Of a DNA stretch of 64,000 nucleotides, positions 32,460 through 45,100 are shown one piece after another. Below the pieces are notes generated by a model. The model did no database searches. It had not been told where the DNA came from and worked only from the letters and a program-made list of their open reading frames with translations. The position numbers and the translations under genes were made by a program. How positions within the stretch are numbered: the first letter of the stretch is position 1; every line of letters begins with the position of its first letter. The stretch covers positions 682,001 to 746,000 of the forward strand of contig JANHCV010000007.1 of assembly GCA_025594325.1 (NCBI GenBank), read 5' to 3'. The stretch comes from Blastocladiella emersonii ATCC 22665. Its lineage: Eukaryota > Fungi > Blastocladiomycota.

Positions 32460-32604
32460 ACGTCCCATTGTTACACCATACATCTCATACTTGCACCTGA
32501 ATCGGTGGTCTCCGTGTTGAAGACGCGATCAACATACGCGAGCTTTGGCGAGTTGCTAACTATCAGGTGAATACATTTGAGTTACTGCTGCTTCTACCGT
32601 CAAC

Positions 32605-35049
32605 CTAGACGCGCTTAGGCCGCCACACGCGGTCCGCGACCACGACCACGTCGCGCATCTCCGCGACGTCGTGGACGCGGACGACGTCAGCGCCGCCGGC
32701 GACACACGCAGCGACCGCCGCGGCGGTGCCCCACGCGCGGTCCTTGGCCACAGTCTTGCCCGTCGCGTCGCCAATGAACCGCTTCCGCGACGGCCCGACG
32801 AGGACCGGGAACCCGCTCGGGCTCCCCGTCGCGAGCCGGATGAGCTCGGGCAGCTGCGCGACGAGGGCGAAATTCTGCTCGCCGGCCTTGGCGAACCCGA
32901 TCCCCGGGTCGACCATGACGTTCCACCGGTGGATCCCCGCCTGGAGCGCGGCCTGGACGCGCGCCGCGAGCTCGGCCGCGACCCCGCGCAGCACGCCGTC
33001 CGCGTACGACGTGAGCTTCGTCATGGTCGTCGGGTCGCCGCGCATGTGCATGACGCAGTAGGGGACCTGGAGCTTGGCGACGGCCGCGAGCATGCCCGGG
33101 TCGCCGCGCCCGCCCGTCACGTCGTTGACGAGGTTCGCGCCCGCGGCGACGGCGGCCGCCGCGACCGACGCCAGGTACGTGTCGACGGACAGGGCGACGG
33201 TCAGGCCGGCGGCGCGGATTGCCTTGATGGCGGGGAGCACGCGGCGGAGCTCTTCCTCGTGCCCGACCTCGACGGCGCCAGGGCGCGTCGACTGGCCGCC
33301 AATGTCGATCATGTCTGCGCCCGCAGCGACCATGGTCTTGGCGGCGGCGACGGCCGCGTCGACCGAGAGGTGGTCGCCGCCGTCCGAGAACGAGTCGGGG
33401 GTCACGTTCAGGATGCCCATGACGCGCGTGCGCGAGCCCCAGTCCCACGTCACGGTCGGGGAGAGCGGCATGACGCGGTAGATGGGCGAGTCCGCGGGCG
33501 CCGTGTGCTGCACGAGCGCGAGCAGCTTGGCGATTGAGCGGAAGTGGGTCGGGTGCTCGAGGTCGGCGGCGATGCTACACGCCTCGGTGGTTAGCTCGGG
33601 TTTCGTGAGGTGCAGCTGAGGAGCGTACTCGGCGAGCGGGCGCAGCACAAACTCGCGCTCGGCGATCCGCGGGTGCGGGATCTCGAGCCGCGGCGTGTTC
33701 ATTACCACGTCGTTGTACAGCAGAATATCGAGATCGATCGGCCGCGGCCCGTTGCGGCCCGTGTCGGTGCGTCCCATATCGGCCTCGATCGACTTGAGCG
33801 CGTCGAGCAGGTCGAGCGGGCTCAGCGGCGTGTAGATCTTGGCAGCCGCATTCAGAAACGCGGGCTGGTCCGTCACGTACATGGCGGGGGTCTCGTACAG
33901 GAACGACGTGTCGGCGAGGATCGCGGTCGCCCGCTCGACAACGAGGCGCAGCGCGCGGTGGATGTGGCCCGCGCGGTCGCCCAGGTTGCTGCCGAGCGCC
34001 AGGTACACGACGTTCGGGGCGGTCGTCGGCACGGCGATCTTGGGCCGCGGGATCACGGCGGGGGTCTCGGCGAGCCCGGCGGTCGGGGTCGTAGACCCCT
34101 GCGCGCGCTTCGCTTCGGCCGCGGCAGCCGCCGCCTCGGCCTCGGCGGCGGCAGCAGCCTCGGCCTCGCGCGCCTTGAGGGCGGCGAGCCAGGCGCGGTC
34201 GCGCGTGACGACGACGCCCGACGACTTGGCGAAGATGAGGGCCGAGGGTTTCTCGATCGAGACGGTGATGCGGAATACACCCAGGCGCTCGACGGCGAGC
34301 CGCGCGACGTGGTGGCACAGGGCCTCGATGGTCTTGAAGGCGGAGCGCTCGACGTAGTCCTGGACGGCGGCAGCGACCAGGCGGTAGTTGTAGGCGCGGT
34401 GGACGCGGTCGCGGCCCGAGATCGGGGCGGGCGGGAACAGGGTCAGGTTGAGGACGACGAGCTGCTTCTCCTCGCGCTCCCACGGGTTGACGCCGATGAT
34501 GGTGGAGATGGACAGGTCGCGGATGTAGATCTGGTCGCCATGCGCCGTGTTGGCGGCAGGGGAGGGCGAGGCGAAGGTGGCGGACGTGGGCGACTGCGGG
34601 TGGTGCGCGGGGTCGTCGCGGGTCGCGGCCGCGTCGAGGGCGGCGAGCTCGGCCTCGGAGCGCGAGATGCGGATGCCCGCACACTCGGCGTGTAGCAGCG
34701 AGCGCGGCTTCTCGACGTCGACGTCGACGCGGCGCGCGCCCTTGGGCCCGCCGAACGTGTTTAGGGTGAGGCGGGCGATGCCGACGGCGAGGGCCTCCAT
34801 GGAGCGGAACTCGCACGCCTCGGCAAACTCGGTGACGGCGCGGGTCAGCACGCCGTAGTGCACCGAGTCGGTCAGCTGGTCGTGCGCGCCCGGCCCGTCC
34901 ACGTCCGTGTGGACCGACAGGCTGATGCGCAGCGGCTGCGGCTTGGCGCGCTCCCAGTTGTCGACGCCGACGCGGTTGCGCACGACCAGGTCGCGCACGC
35001 GGATCTCGTCGAGGACCGGCAGCGTGTACTGGTGGTTGGTGTGTTCCAT
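32605..35049 (-). CDS. FOL1: trifunctional folate synthesis protein DHNA-DHNA-HPPK-DHPS; in-frame intron 33575-33628
   Basis: Two DHNA domains (VGVDNWERAKPQPL/SVHYG; IIGVNPWEREEKQ), HPPK (YLALGSNLGDR, FLNAA, GPRPIDLDILLY, PHPRIAEREFVLRPL), DHPS (MGILNVTPDSFSDGG, IDIGGQSTRPG, DPGIGFAK, GPSRKRF, VRVHDV). Confidence 0.97.
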   Translation of the reverse strand: MEHTNHQYTLPVLDEIRVRDLVVRNRVGVDNWERAKPQPLRISLSVHTDVDGPGAHDQLTDSVHYGVLTRAVTEFAEACEFRSMEALAVGIARLTLNTFGGPKGARRVDVDVEKPRSLLHAECAGIRISRSEAELAALDAAATRDDPAHHPQSPTSATFASPSPAANTAHGDQIYIRDLSISTIIGVNPWEREEKQLVVLNLTLFPPAPISGRDRVHRAYNYRLVAAAVQDYVERSAFKTIEALCHHVARLAVERLGVFRITVSIEKPSALIFAKSSGVVVTRDRAWLAALKAREAEAAAAAEAEAAAAAAEAKRAQGSTTPTAGLAETPAVIPRPKIAVPTTAPNVVYLALGSNLGDRAGHIHRALRLVVERATAILADTSFLYETPAMYVTDQPAFLNAAAKIYTPLSPLDLLDALKSIEADMGRTDTGRNGPRPIDLDILLYNDVVMNTPRLEIPHPRIAEREFVLRPLAEYAPQLHLTKPELTTEACSIAADLEHPTHFRSIAKLLALVQHTAPADSPIYRVMPLSPTVTWDWGSRTRVMGILNVTPDSFSDGGDHLSVDAAVAAAKTMVAAGADMIDIGGQSTRPGAVEVGHEEELRRVLPAIKAIRAAGLTVALSVDTYLASVAAAAVAAGANLVNDVTGGRGDPGMLAAVAKLQVPYCVMHMRGDPTTMTKLTSYADGVLRGVAAELAARVQAALQAGIHRWNVMVDPGIGFAKAGEQNFALVAQLPELIRLATGSPSGFPVLVGPSRKRFIGDATGKTVAKDRAWGTAAAVAACVAGGADVVRVHDVAEMRDVVVVADRVWRPKRV

Positions 35050-35483
35050 GGCGGGGTGGGCGCTGGGGGAGGAGAGAGAGAGCGGATCGGCGAGGGCAGC
35101 CGGTTGAGAGAGCATCGGATCGGGCCAAGCAGGCGAACGGATCAGGTCGGCGGCGGGAGCAGCGCAGTCGCGCAATCGGGCGGCCGCGCCGCGAACACGG
35201 CGCGCCGCGCCCGGCTTCTTCCGCTCAGGGCATGCAGACGCCACGTGGCGCACCACAACGCGTCTCTCGCGTCTCGCACGCCGTGCACGCCCGCCCGACT
35301 TGCAGGAACACACCGCGAGCGGAGGGGATCGGCAGGGCCCCGCGAGACATCATGTGCGGGCCACGTGCGGCTGGCCGACGCGTCCGCCACCCGATCCGGA
35401 CGCGTGGCGCTCCCGTTGGGCGTTGGGGGAGAACGGTCGGCTTCCCCTTCCTCTCCCTCACCCCTCACCGGCCAACCGCTCGC

Positions 35484-35490
35484 TATAAAG
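35484..35490 (+). promoter_or_regulatory. TATA box upstream of paladin-like gene
   Basis: TATAAAG ~110 nt upstream of ATG 35594. Confidence 0.55.
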
Positions 35491-35593
35491 GGGGACTCGC
35501 TGCACTCGGCTCCCGCCCTCTCCCTCTCCCCACCCTTGCCTCCATGTATCTTGCCTCGCTCGATTGATTGATTGCTTGCACCCGCCGCCGCAC

Positions 35594-38500
35594 ATGTCGT
35601 CGTCGTCGACCGACCCGCACACGCCGCCGCCGCCCGCGGGCCCGTCCCCGTCGCTGCCCGAGCGCACGCGCCGGCTCAGCGGGGCCACCGCCGCCGCCGT
35701 GCGTCTCCTCCCGACGACCCAGTCCTACGACTCGCTCGTCTCCGCCACCTCGAACGGCGCTAGCGCAGCGTCCTCGACGGCGCCCGCGTCGCCGACCGCC
35801 TCCGACACCCCGCCCAACGCCCTCGCTGCCCCGGCACCCGGCACCCGCATCCGCAGCATCTCGGGCCCGCAGGCACCAACCGCCACCAACGTGGTCCCGA
35901 CCCACCTGCACCACCTGGGTCGCCGCCTGCACGGCGCCGGGTCGCCCGGTCCTACTGCGGGCGGCGACCAGGTTGCGGGGCTCGAGGTCCACTCACACCA
36001 TCACCACGCCCACGCTGCGCGCCACGGCCGCTCGCTGTCGTCGACGCCCGCCCTCTCGCCGCCCGCCACAACGCACCGCGCCGTCTCGGCAGATGCCGCT
36101 GTCGCCTCCACCATGCACCGCTCGCCGTCCGTGTCGCCCGCGCTCGGCCACCACCACTTCCCCTCGGCGAGCCCGCTGCCCGACCTGCGCGCGCTGTCGG
36201 GCTCGCGCGGCACCCTCAACAAGTCCAAGAGCAAGTCCCGCCTCGACAACGTCCTGCTGCGCCTCAACACCACGCGCGACGCCATCTCCAAGACGGTCCA
36301 GAGCGTGCTCGCGTCGCGCCACGGGTCCGTCCTCGGACGCAACTTTATCCTCAAGGCCGACCAGTTCCCGCAGGCCGCGTCTGCGCACCTCGACGTGCAT
36401 CTCCAGGGATCGCCCAATTTCCGCATGGTACGCTTACTCGAATCGCTCCTGTACTGCGATCCATTGTTAACCCCCTCACCCCGTCTAGCTCGACCTCAAC
36501 GTCTACGGCGTCGCCCAGCCCACCGCCGTCGGCCTCTCCACCATCCTGACCCTGCTCAACTGCCACCCGGACTCGGACCCGGACCTGTGCGGCCCGACCG
36601 TGTGGCTGTGCACCCGCGAGGAGCCGCTCCTCTACATCAACGGCCAGCCCTACGTCCTGCGCCATGCCGACCAGCCCATGTCCAACCTGACCAACCTCGC
36701 CGGCATCTCGGGTACGCGCCTCGAGCAGCTCGAGGCCCGCCTGCGCGACGACGTGCTCCTCGAGGCCGCCGCCTACAACGGCCTGTTTCTCGTCCACGAC
36801 GAGCTCTCCTCCTCCTCTTCCTCGTCCCCCACCGCCGGCGGCGCCGTGGTCCCGTCCTGGATCGCCGCCACCTCCGTCCAGACCCCGCGCGAGGTCGTGG
36901 ACGGCTTCATCGCCGCCGGCTACCGCCTCTCGGCTACCCGCGTGCCCGTGTCGACGGCGCAGGCGCCCGACGACGCGTACCTCGACGAGTACATCCGCGT
37001 CCTGCGCGCGCACCCGCCGGGCGACCCGATCCTCATCTCGTGCGGCATGGGCGGCGGCCGCACGACGATGGGCACCGTCGTTGCCCTGCTCATCCGCCGC
37101 ATGCAGCTCATGAACCTCGGCCACCCGGACCCGTTCCCGCTCGCGCAGCTGCCCGGCGCCTCCGGGTCAGCGGCTCAGCCTGCCGCGGCGGCCGAAGCGC
37201 AACCCGCGGCGAACGGCCGCTCGTCGCTCGCCGTACGCGAGCTCATGGAGCTGACGGACCACGAGACCCAGAACCGCGCCCTGCTCCGCGTCATGCACAT
37301 CCTCGAGCGCGGCCTCACCACGCCCATGGCGCCGCACTCGGCCATCGAGTGGGCGCTCGCCCGCGGCTCGCTCGTCGACCACCTCAAGGCCGCGGTCCTC
37401 GGCAACTACCAGGTCGTCCTCGACCTCGCCCGCGTGCTCGACGACGGCGCCGCTGAGAAGAGGCTCCTCGACCACCTCATTGACCGGTGCGACGTCATCA
37501 TCAACTTGCGCGAGGAGATCCTGCTCCACCGCGTGCGCGGGTCCGTCGATTCGGCGATGCCCGCACACGCGGCGGCGCCGTTTGCGACCGCGGGCGGGAA
37601 ACCGCCCACCAGCGCGTTCGGCGGCCCGCTCGGCCTCTCGTCGGCCAACCTGGCGGGGGCGGGGGCGGGTCCCGACGCGGCGCGCAGCCAGCTCAACAGC
37701 CCGATCGACCGCGCGCTGTACGGCCTCGAGCGGTACTTTTACCTCCTCGCGCTCGCCGCGTACGTCGCCGACGCGGACGCCGGCGCGCCCGCCGGGTTCC
37801 GCGCCACCTTCTCCGAGTGGCTCGCAACGCGCCCCGAGATCTCCCGCATGGCCGACACGATCCGCCGCGGGCGACAGGGGCACCGGCTCCCGCTCGCGCT
37901 GTTCCGGCCCGTCGACGATCTCTCTGTGTTTGGGTCGTCGTCGTCATCGGGCATGATGCGAGGTAGCGGTGGGCAGCAGAACCGGTTCATGCCGCCCGTC
38001 TCGAGTCTGGTCGAGGTCGAGCGGTACGTGCTGCGCAACCGCACGGGTATGGTCCTCTCGCCCAACACGCTGCTCAAGGTCGACTTTTGGCTGTCGCAGC
38101 ACCGGCTCGAGGGCGGCAACGGCGACGCGTCGTCTCCGCAGCAGCACCCGGACCAGCTCCGCCTGCCCGGCGCGAGCCGTTTCCGCCGCATCGGCGAGTC
38201 CGCCATCTACGGCGTCGCGCAGCCGACGATCGCCGGGATGCACGCCGTGCACCGGACCATCGCCGACTCGCATTTCGGCCGGACCGCGACGACGTCCGCG
38301 ACGCACGTCGTGTGGCTCAACCTGCGCGAGGAGCCGCTCATCTACCTGCGCGGCGTCCCGCACGTCCTGCGCGACCAGTACACGGCGCTGCGCAACGTGC
38401 GCAGCTACCGCGGGATCACGGGCGAGCGGCTCGAGCTCATGGAGGCCCGGCTGCGCGAGGATATCTACGCCGAGCTCGAGACGTACGACGCGCGCGTGCT

Positions 38501-41204
38501 CGTGCATACCGAGGCGCGGCCTGATGCCGGCGAGGACGAGAACGGTGGTGGGAATACGGCGGGAGTGTACCCGATGTGGGTGGAATGCGAGCTGCACCAG
38601 GTCCAGACGCTGCGCGAGATCGCCGACACGCTCGAGGCGAGCGCCGCCGGCACCCCGCCCGTGCACCTGTACCGCGTCCCCGTGACGGCCGAGACCCCGC
38701 CCGACGAGGCCGACTTTGACACGCTCGTCGCGATCCTCGCCCAGTACCCGGTCGCCGGCACCGCCGTCGTCGTCAACGACCAGGTCGGGCTCGGCCGCAC
38801 CACCATGGGCACCGCCATGGTCTGGCTCGTCCGCAACTGGCTCGCGGGCAACACGTCGCTCACCACGCCGTGCCTGCGCCGCGGCGCAGTGAGCGCGGCC
38901 CGGTCCGCCGCCATGGTCCCGAGCGTCCACGCGCTCCTCCGCGTCATCCGCAACGGGCTCGAGGTGAAACGCGTTGTCGACGACGCCGTCGATGTGTGCG
39001 GAGCGTTTACCAACATTCGCGAGGCGATCGTCGAGCCGCCGCCGTCCGCCATGACCGCGTCGTCGCCGCCCTCGCCCTCGCCCTCGCCATCCCCCATGGG
39101 CCACGCCGCCGCGACCGCGGCCGCCGCCGCCGAGGCCGCGGCCAAGTCGGACCTGACCAAGCGCCGGCTGCTGTACCTGCAGCGGTACTTTATGCTGCTC
39201 GTCTTCCAGGCGTACCTCGACGACGTGCCCGCCTCGACCGCGACGCTCGCGGGGCTGGAGCCCTTCAGCGCGTGGCTGCGCCGGCACCCGGAGATCCTGG
39301 CCATGGTGCACGACCTCGAGGACGTGGCGTCGTCGGCCGAGGACGCCGACCACGCCGACCGCGCCGCCGCGCTCCTCGTCCCCGTCGAGGCCCAGACGCC
39401 CGGCGACGGGATCGCGCTCACGTCCGAGGTCGTTGAGGTCGTCACCGCGCGCCGCGGCGCCGTCCTTGCCCGGCAGACGATCCTGAAACACGACGCGTTC
39501 CCCGGGTGCCAGAAGCTCACGCTGCCCGAGCGCATCGACGGCGCGCCCAATTTCCGCCACGTCCCGCTCGCCAAGATCCGCGCCGCGGTGTTGGGGGTCA
39601 TGCAGTGGACCGCGTCGGACCCCGTGCTCGCGGCGCCGGCCGAGGACGGCGGGAGCGCCGAACTCCTTGCTGCAGCCGACGCGGCGCATGGCGCGGGCGT
39701 GTGCGGCGTCGCGATGCCCACGGCCAGCGGCGTGCTCAAGGTCCTCGAGCGGCTCGGCGGCGGCGGCGGTTCCGCGTCGCGCCCATCGACCGCACCATTC
39801 TCGGACGCGACCGCCGCCGCGGCGGCAGCAACCGTGGTGTGGACGTGTCTCCGCGAGGAGCCCGTGCTGTACATCAACCGCAAGCCGTACGTGCTGCGGA
39901 CGTTCCAAGACCCGATCCAGAACCTGGTGACGACGGGGATCGCGCGCGAGCGCGTCGAGCTCATGGAGGACCGCATGAAGGCCGACGTGCTCGCCGAGCT
40001 CGACCGGTACGGCGGCCGCGTGCTGCTGCACGAGGAGGAGGCCGCGAAACCGGGTGCCGGGCTCGCTATCGTCCCCGTCTGGGAGTCGTGTCACCCGAAC
40101 GACGTGCTCACGCCGCGCGACGTGTTCGAGGCCGCTGCCGCTGACGCACTCGCGGCCAGTGGATCGCTCGCAAGGCTCGACTACCTCCGCGTCCCCATCA
40201 CCGACGAGCAGGCGCCGATCCCGCACGTGTTTGACGTCCTCGTCGCGCGCATCATGGACGCGGCCGTCTCGCGCGCCACGTCCGGCGCACGCCACCACCT
40301 CGTGTACAACTGCCAGATGGGTCGCGGGCGGACCACCACGGGCATGATCATCGCGAGCCTCGTGCACACCATCATGGTGCCCTCGGCGACGTCGGCCGCG
40401 CTCGTCGAGGTGCTCCGCGGCGGGCTCGACGGCGCCACGGGCAGCCTCGCCAACCTGCTCCTGTACAATCCGGGCCTGCAGGACGAGCTCGACGACGACG
40501 ACAACGACGATTTGGCGGGAAGCCGCGCCGAGCTCGACCCGTCGCGCCGGTACCTGCGCGGCGAGTACCGCCTGGTCATGCAGCTCGTCGCGGTCCTCAG
40601 CCACGGCAAGCTCGCGAAAGCCATCGCCGACGCGTGCATCGACGCGTGCAACCACATGCAGAACCTGCGCGAGGCCATCCTCGACTACAAGCGGCGCGTC
40701 GAGGCCCTCGCCGTCGCCGCCGGCCTCCCCGCTGCCGCGGCCACGGGCGCCGAGGTGCCGATTCCCGCGAGCCTCGCTGAGACTAGCAAGGCCGTCGCCA
40801 AGTACCGCGTCGCCCGCGACGTCGGCATCAACTACCTCATCCGGTACTTTTACCTCGTCGCCTTTGCGGGGTACCTCCTCGAGATGGCCGAGGCCGACGA
40901 CGCCCGCCGGCGCAGGGACGCGGCCGTGCGGGATGGGATCGCAACCGCGATGTCGCTCCCCGACGTCAGCGTCTCGGACGACGGCGAGCTCGAGGTCCTC
41001 GCCGCTGTCCCCGCACGGGTCGCGCCCAAGGAGGCGGCCGTATCGGCGCTGGACGGCGACCTGCGCGGCGTCGTGGATGGTGCGGGGGTGGCCGCGGACG
41101 TCGACGGCGGTGTCTCGCCGCTGACCACGAGCTTCACGCAGTGGCTCGCCGAACGACGCGAGATCACGTCCATCATCGAGCGGCGCAACCAGGACTTTGC
41201 GTGA
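35594..41204 (+). CDS. PALD1: paladin-like protein with three PTP-like (inositol/phytase-type) repeats; intron 36428-36488
   Basis: ILKADQF/LLKVDF/ILKHDAF starts; GSPNFR/GASRFR/GAPNFR; VYGVAQPT; LREEPLLYING/LREEPLIYL/LREEPVLYINRKP; P-loops SCGMGGGRTT, NDQVGLGRTT, NCQMGRGRTT; ALYGLERYFYLL, LQRYFMLL, LIRYFYLVAF. Confidence 0.88.
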
Positions 41205-41596
41205 GACGATGGGAACCGTGTTGAATATACCCGCTACTGGAGAGCAACTGACTTGTCGACTGTGAGCGATGGCTGTCGCGATCTCTCAAGCTCAGCGAGT
41301 GCGGCCGGTCTCAGCGCGGCCATGGCCCTGTTGGTCAACGAGTCGGAGCGCGGCGTGCTGGGGCGACGTCGTGCGTATGACCAGGACGACCACAGCTCGC
41401 ACTAACGCGGCCGTGACGACAAACAGGGCGGCCACAGCCACGTCCAGCGAGTCGAGGCCTTCGGGTCTTCGTCACACTGACATACGGGCCAAAGACGGGC
41501 CCGCTCGGAGAGACAGAGGGATGGTGATGGAATGCTGTATGGACAAATTTACATCCGACGACATCGGACAAGACGACACGACACGGCCGCGGCCAC

Positions 41597-42370
<774 letters not shown>

Positions 42371-42455
42371 GGTGGGGTAGTGCTGCTGAGTGGGTGCTAG
42401 TTCGCGGGTGAGGCGACGAAGGGAGAGAGGAAGGGCTGCGGGGGGAGCGGGCGCA

Positions 42456-42462
42456 ATTTATA
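42456..42462 (-). promoter_or_regulatory. TATA box of ubiquitin gene
   Basis: TATAAAT on the minus strand ~90 nt upstream of ATG 42370. Confidence 0.55.
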
Positions 42463-43092
42463 CGGTGCCGGGCAGGGGTCATGTCCACGGACACGCGCGA
42501 TGGGAGGCGGCGGGGCGGACCGACCGATGGGCACGCAGCCTGCCAGCTGACCGCGCGGCGGCGGGCTTGCCCACCTGCACGTTCGCCGCGCTTCCCAGCA
42601 GCTGACTCAGTGCATTTTGCCACTGCCGCCGCGAGTGACGCGAATCGGGAACGCGACACGCCACACGGGACGGCCCGGGTGAACCGAAAAGAAGGGCGGC
42701 CAAGAAAAGAGTCCCGCTTCCGCCCGCTCGCATGACGCACTCACTCGGCTGCCGGCGTTCACCGCGTCATCCCGGTCTCGACGATTTTTAAGCGGGTTTA
42801 CGGTGTGACGCACTGCCCACTCTGGCCGTTTTGAGGTCATCCCAGCTCGGGATGGCCTCTTTGGGATCTTTGGGAGCGCATTCATCGCGAGTGGCGTGGC
42901 GTGACGCGAACGTGCCGTCGGAACGCGAACTGCTGCACGTCAGGTGATGTCGCGGGGAACACGCGAGACATTTGTGTCTCGCACCTGCAAGCCCGCGCAA
43001 TTTCGCCTGCTCAACGCCGCAGCGGACCTGATTGACCATATGTCGCCAGCCTGTCCACGCCATGCGAGCTCTCCCTTGAATGCAACGCTAAG

Positions 43093-43719
43093 ATGGAGTC
43101 CTCAAGTCGTATCACTCGCTACACGCTGTTCGCGCTCGTCGCCGTGGCCGCCGTCCTGACCGCGTCCGTCAAGGGCCAGGCCCCCGCGCCCGCCGCCAGC
43201 GACTCGGCCGCCGCGACGCCCGCGGCCTCGCCTGCCCCTGCGCCCTCGGTCTCCTCCTCGGCTACGCCCGCGCCGTCGGCGACCCCGTCAAGCACGGCCA
43301 CGCCGACCCCGTCACCCTCGGCTGCGCCTTCCTCGAGCTCTTCCTCGTCATCGTCGGCGCCGCCCGCTGCGACCACGGCCAACCCGGTCGCAACCTCGAA
43401 CCCGGCCGCGACAACGCAGGACCCCGTGGCCACGGCGACCTCGTCCAACGGTGCGGCGCAGCCCGTCGCCACCACCACCTCGTCCTCGTCGTCATCGGCG
43501 GCCAAGGCGGGTACAACCACGTTCTCGTCGTCGACGGCCGGGAGCAAGGCTTCGGGCACGAGCTCGACGTCCGAGGAGCTGCCGACCGAGATCGTGATCC
43601 GCCCGCTCGCCGTGAACGCCGGCGGGGTCGCGTCAGGCGCCGCGGACCGGCTCGGCGGGAACGGGGTCGCGGGGTGGGTTGTCGCGGCGGTTGCCGGGGC
43701 GGGCGCGCTGGCCTTCTAG
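43093..43719 (+). CDS. secreted Ser/Thr/Ala/Pro-rich, probably GPI-anchored cell-surface protein
   Basis: Signal-like YTLFALVAVAAVLTASVKG, low-complexity S/T/A/P body, hydrophobic tail NGVAGWVVAAVAGAGALAF after a small-residue stretch. Confidence 0.8.
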   Translation: MESSSRITRYTLFALVAVAAVLTASVKGQAPAPAASDSAAATPAASPAPAPSVSSSATPAPSATPSSTATPTPSPSAAPSSSSSSSSSAPPAATTANPVATSNPAATTQDPVATATSSNGAAQPVATTTSSSSSSAAKAGTTTFSSSTAGSKASGTSSTSEELPTEIVIRPLAVNAGGVASGAADRLGGNGVAGWVVAAVAGAGALAF

Positions 43720-43783
43720 CCTCGCCGTGTATCCGAGATGCATGAATGAGACTAGAAGTTGTACTACTGTATGTGCTTTGTTC

Positions 43784-43799
43784 GGGGGGGGGGGGGGGG
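43784..43799 (+). repeat. poly-G tract (G16)
   Basis: Read directly, between convergent genes. Confidence 0.9.
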
Positions 43800-43870
43800 A
43801 GAGGGAGCGAGCCGCCAGGGGAGGGGGAAGCAAGAGAAATAAAATACATGGGTGCGGTCACACGTCCGTT

Positions 43871-44725
43871 TCACTCGTCGGCCATTTCCACGTCGGCCTC
43901 CTCGTCGTCGGCCGTGGGCTCGACGACGAGCGCCTGGGCGGCGGCGGTCGGGAAGTGCTCGGCGAGGTCGGTCACCTTGGTCTCGGCCTTGTCGTAGAAG
44001 CAGATCGGGAACACGCGGAACTCGGCCTGCTGGTGGTAGAAGAGCTTGAGGAGCTGCGCCTGGTTGGCGTTGAGCACCTTGCCGGCGTGGCACACCGTGT
44101 ACGGCGCGAGCGAGGTCACCACACCCTTGACGAGCTTGGTCGGCATGCCGAGCTTGCGCAGCTGCGGCTCCATGTTGTGCGGGAACGACTCCTTGTCGAA
44201 GCCGCGCGTCACGGGGCCCTCGGGGATCTCGACCGTCGCCGTCGCCACGTTGCCGGCGCGCGCGTAGTCGGTCACGCTGAACGTCTTGAAGAAGTCGATC
44301 ACGGTCTCGGGCGCGCGGTCCGTGAACAGCAGACCGACCTGGCCCGTCATGCGCTCGGCGAGGACGTGGATGTCCTCGAGCGCCTCCTCGGCGGGTGTCA
44401 GACCGAGCGCCTTGGCGGCGACCTTGGTCTTGCCGAACACGAACCGCGAGTCCTCCCACTCGGAGCGCAGGTCCTTGAGCGTCGCATTCCGCATGTTGCT
44501 CACGCTGAACAGGAACACGTACTTGAACTGCTCGCACGCCTCGCGGATCTTCTCCACGAGCTTGTCCTTGGCCACGCGACCGACCTTGTTGGTCTTGGTG
44601 AGGTGGACTGCACGGCAGTGGCGAGCGGGTTCACCCAAAAGTCAGCGAACGGGGATTCCATCGGTCGTGATTCATGCATGTTCCATGGGATACTCACCAA
44701 CGCGCTGACGCTTCGACTTGGGCAT
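43871..44725 (-). CDS. MRT4: ribosome assembly factor Mrt4 (P0 paralog); intron 44608-44697
   Basis: MPKSKRQRV|VHLTKT, NMRNATLKDLRSEWEDSRFVFGKTKV, GQVGLLFT, DYARAG, FPHNMEPQLRKLGMPT, NQAQLLKLF. Confidence 0.97.
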
Positions 44726-45100
44726 GGTGAATTAAGTTACGTGGGTTACAGTTACGTCTGGATCCAGCTCTCCTCAACACGGATTCCACGTTCGAGTCGT
44801 CGGACTGGGCGGCGGCAGGGCCGGAGGCGCGCGGCGAGGCGTCGCGTCGTGTTGACTGGGGCCAGCTGAAGCCACGTGGGCTGCTGCTACGGCGTTTCTG
44901 ACTTGAACTTTTGCCTCCAGCTCAATCAGGACGACCAATGGAGAAGAGGAGGACAACTTATACTGAATGAATGCACAACGCCGGTTGCGCCAAGACTACG
45001 CGCAGAATGTCCACGGGCCACGATCCAGCGCGGCCCGGGTGGAGGGGTTTATGTACACGGAGGAGGAGGCCTCCTCGTCGGGACCCTGGGTGCAGCGGGT

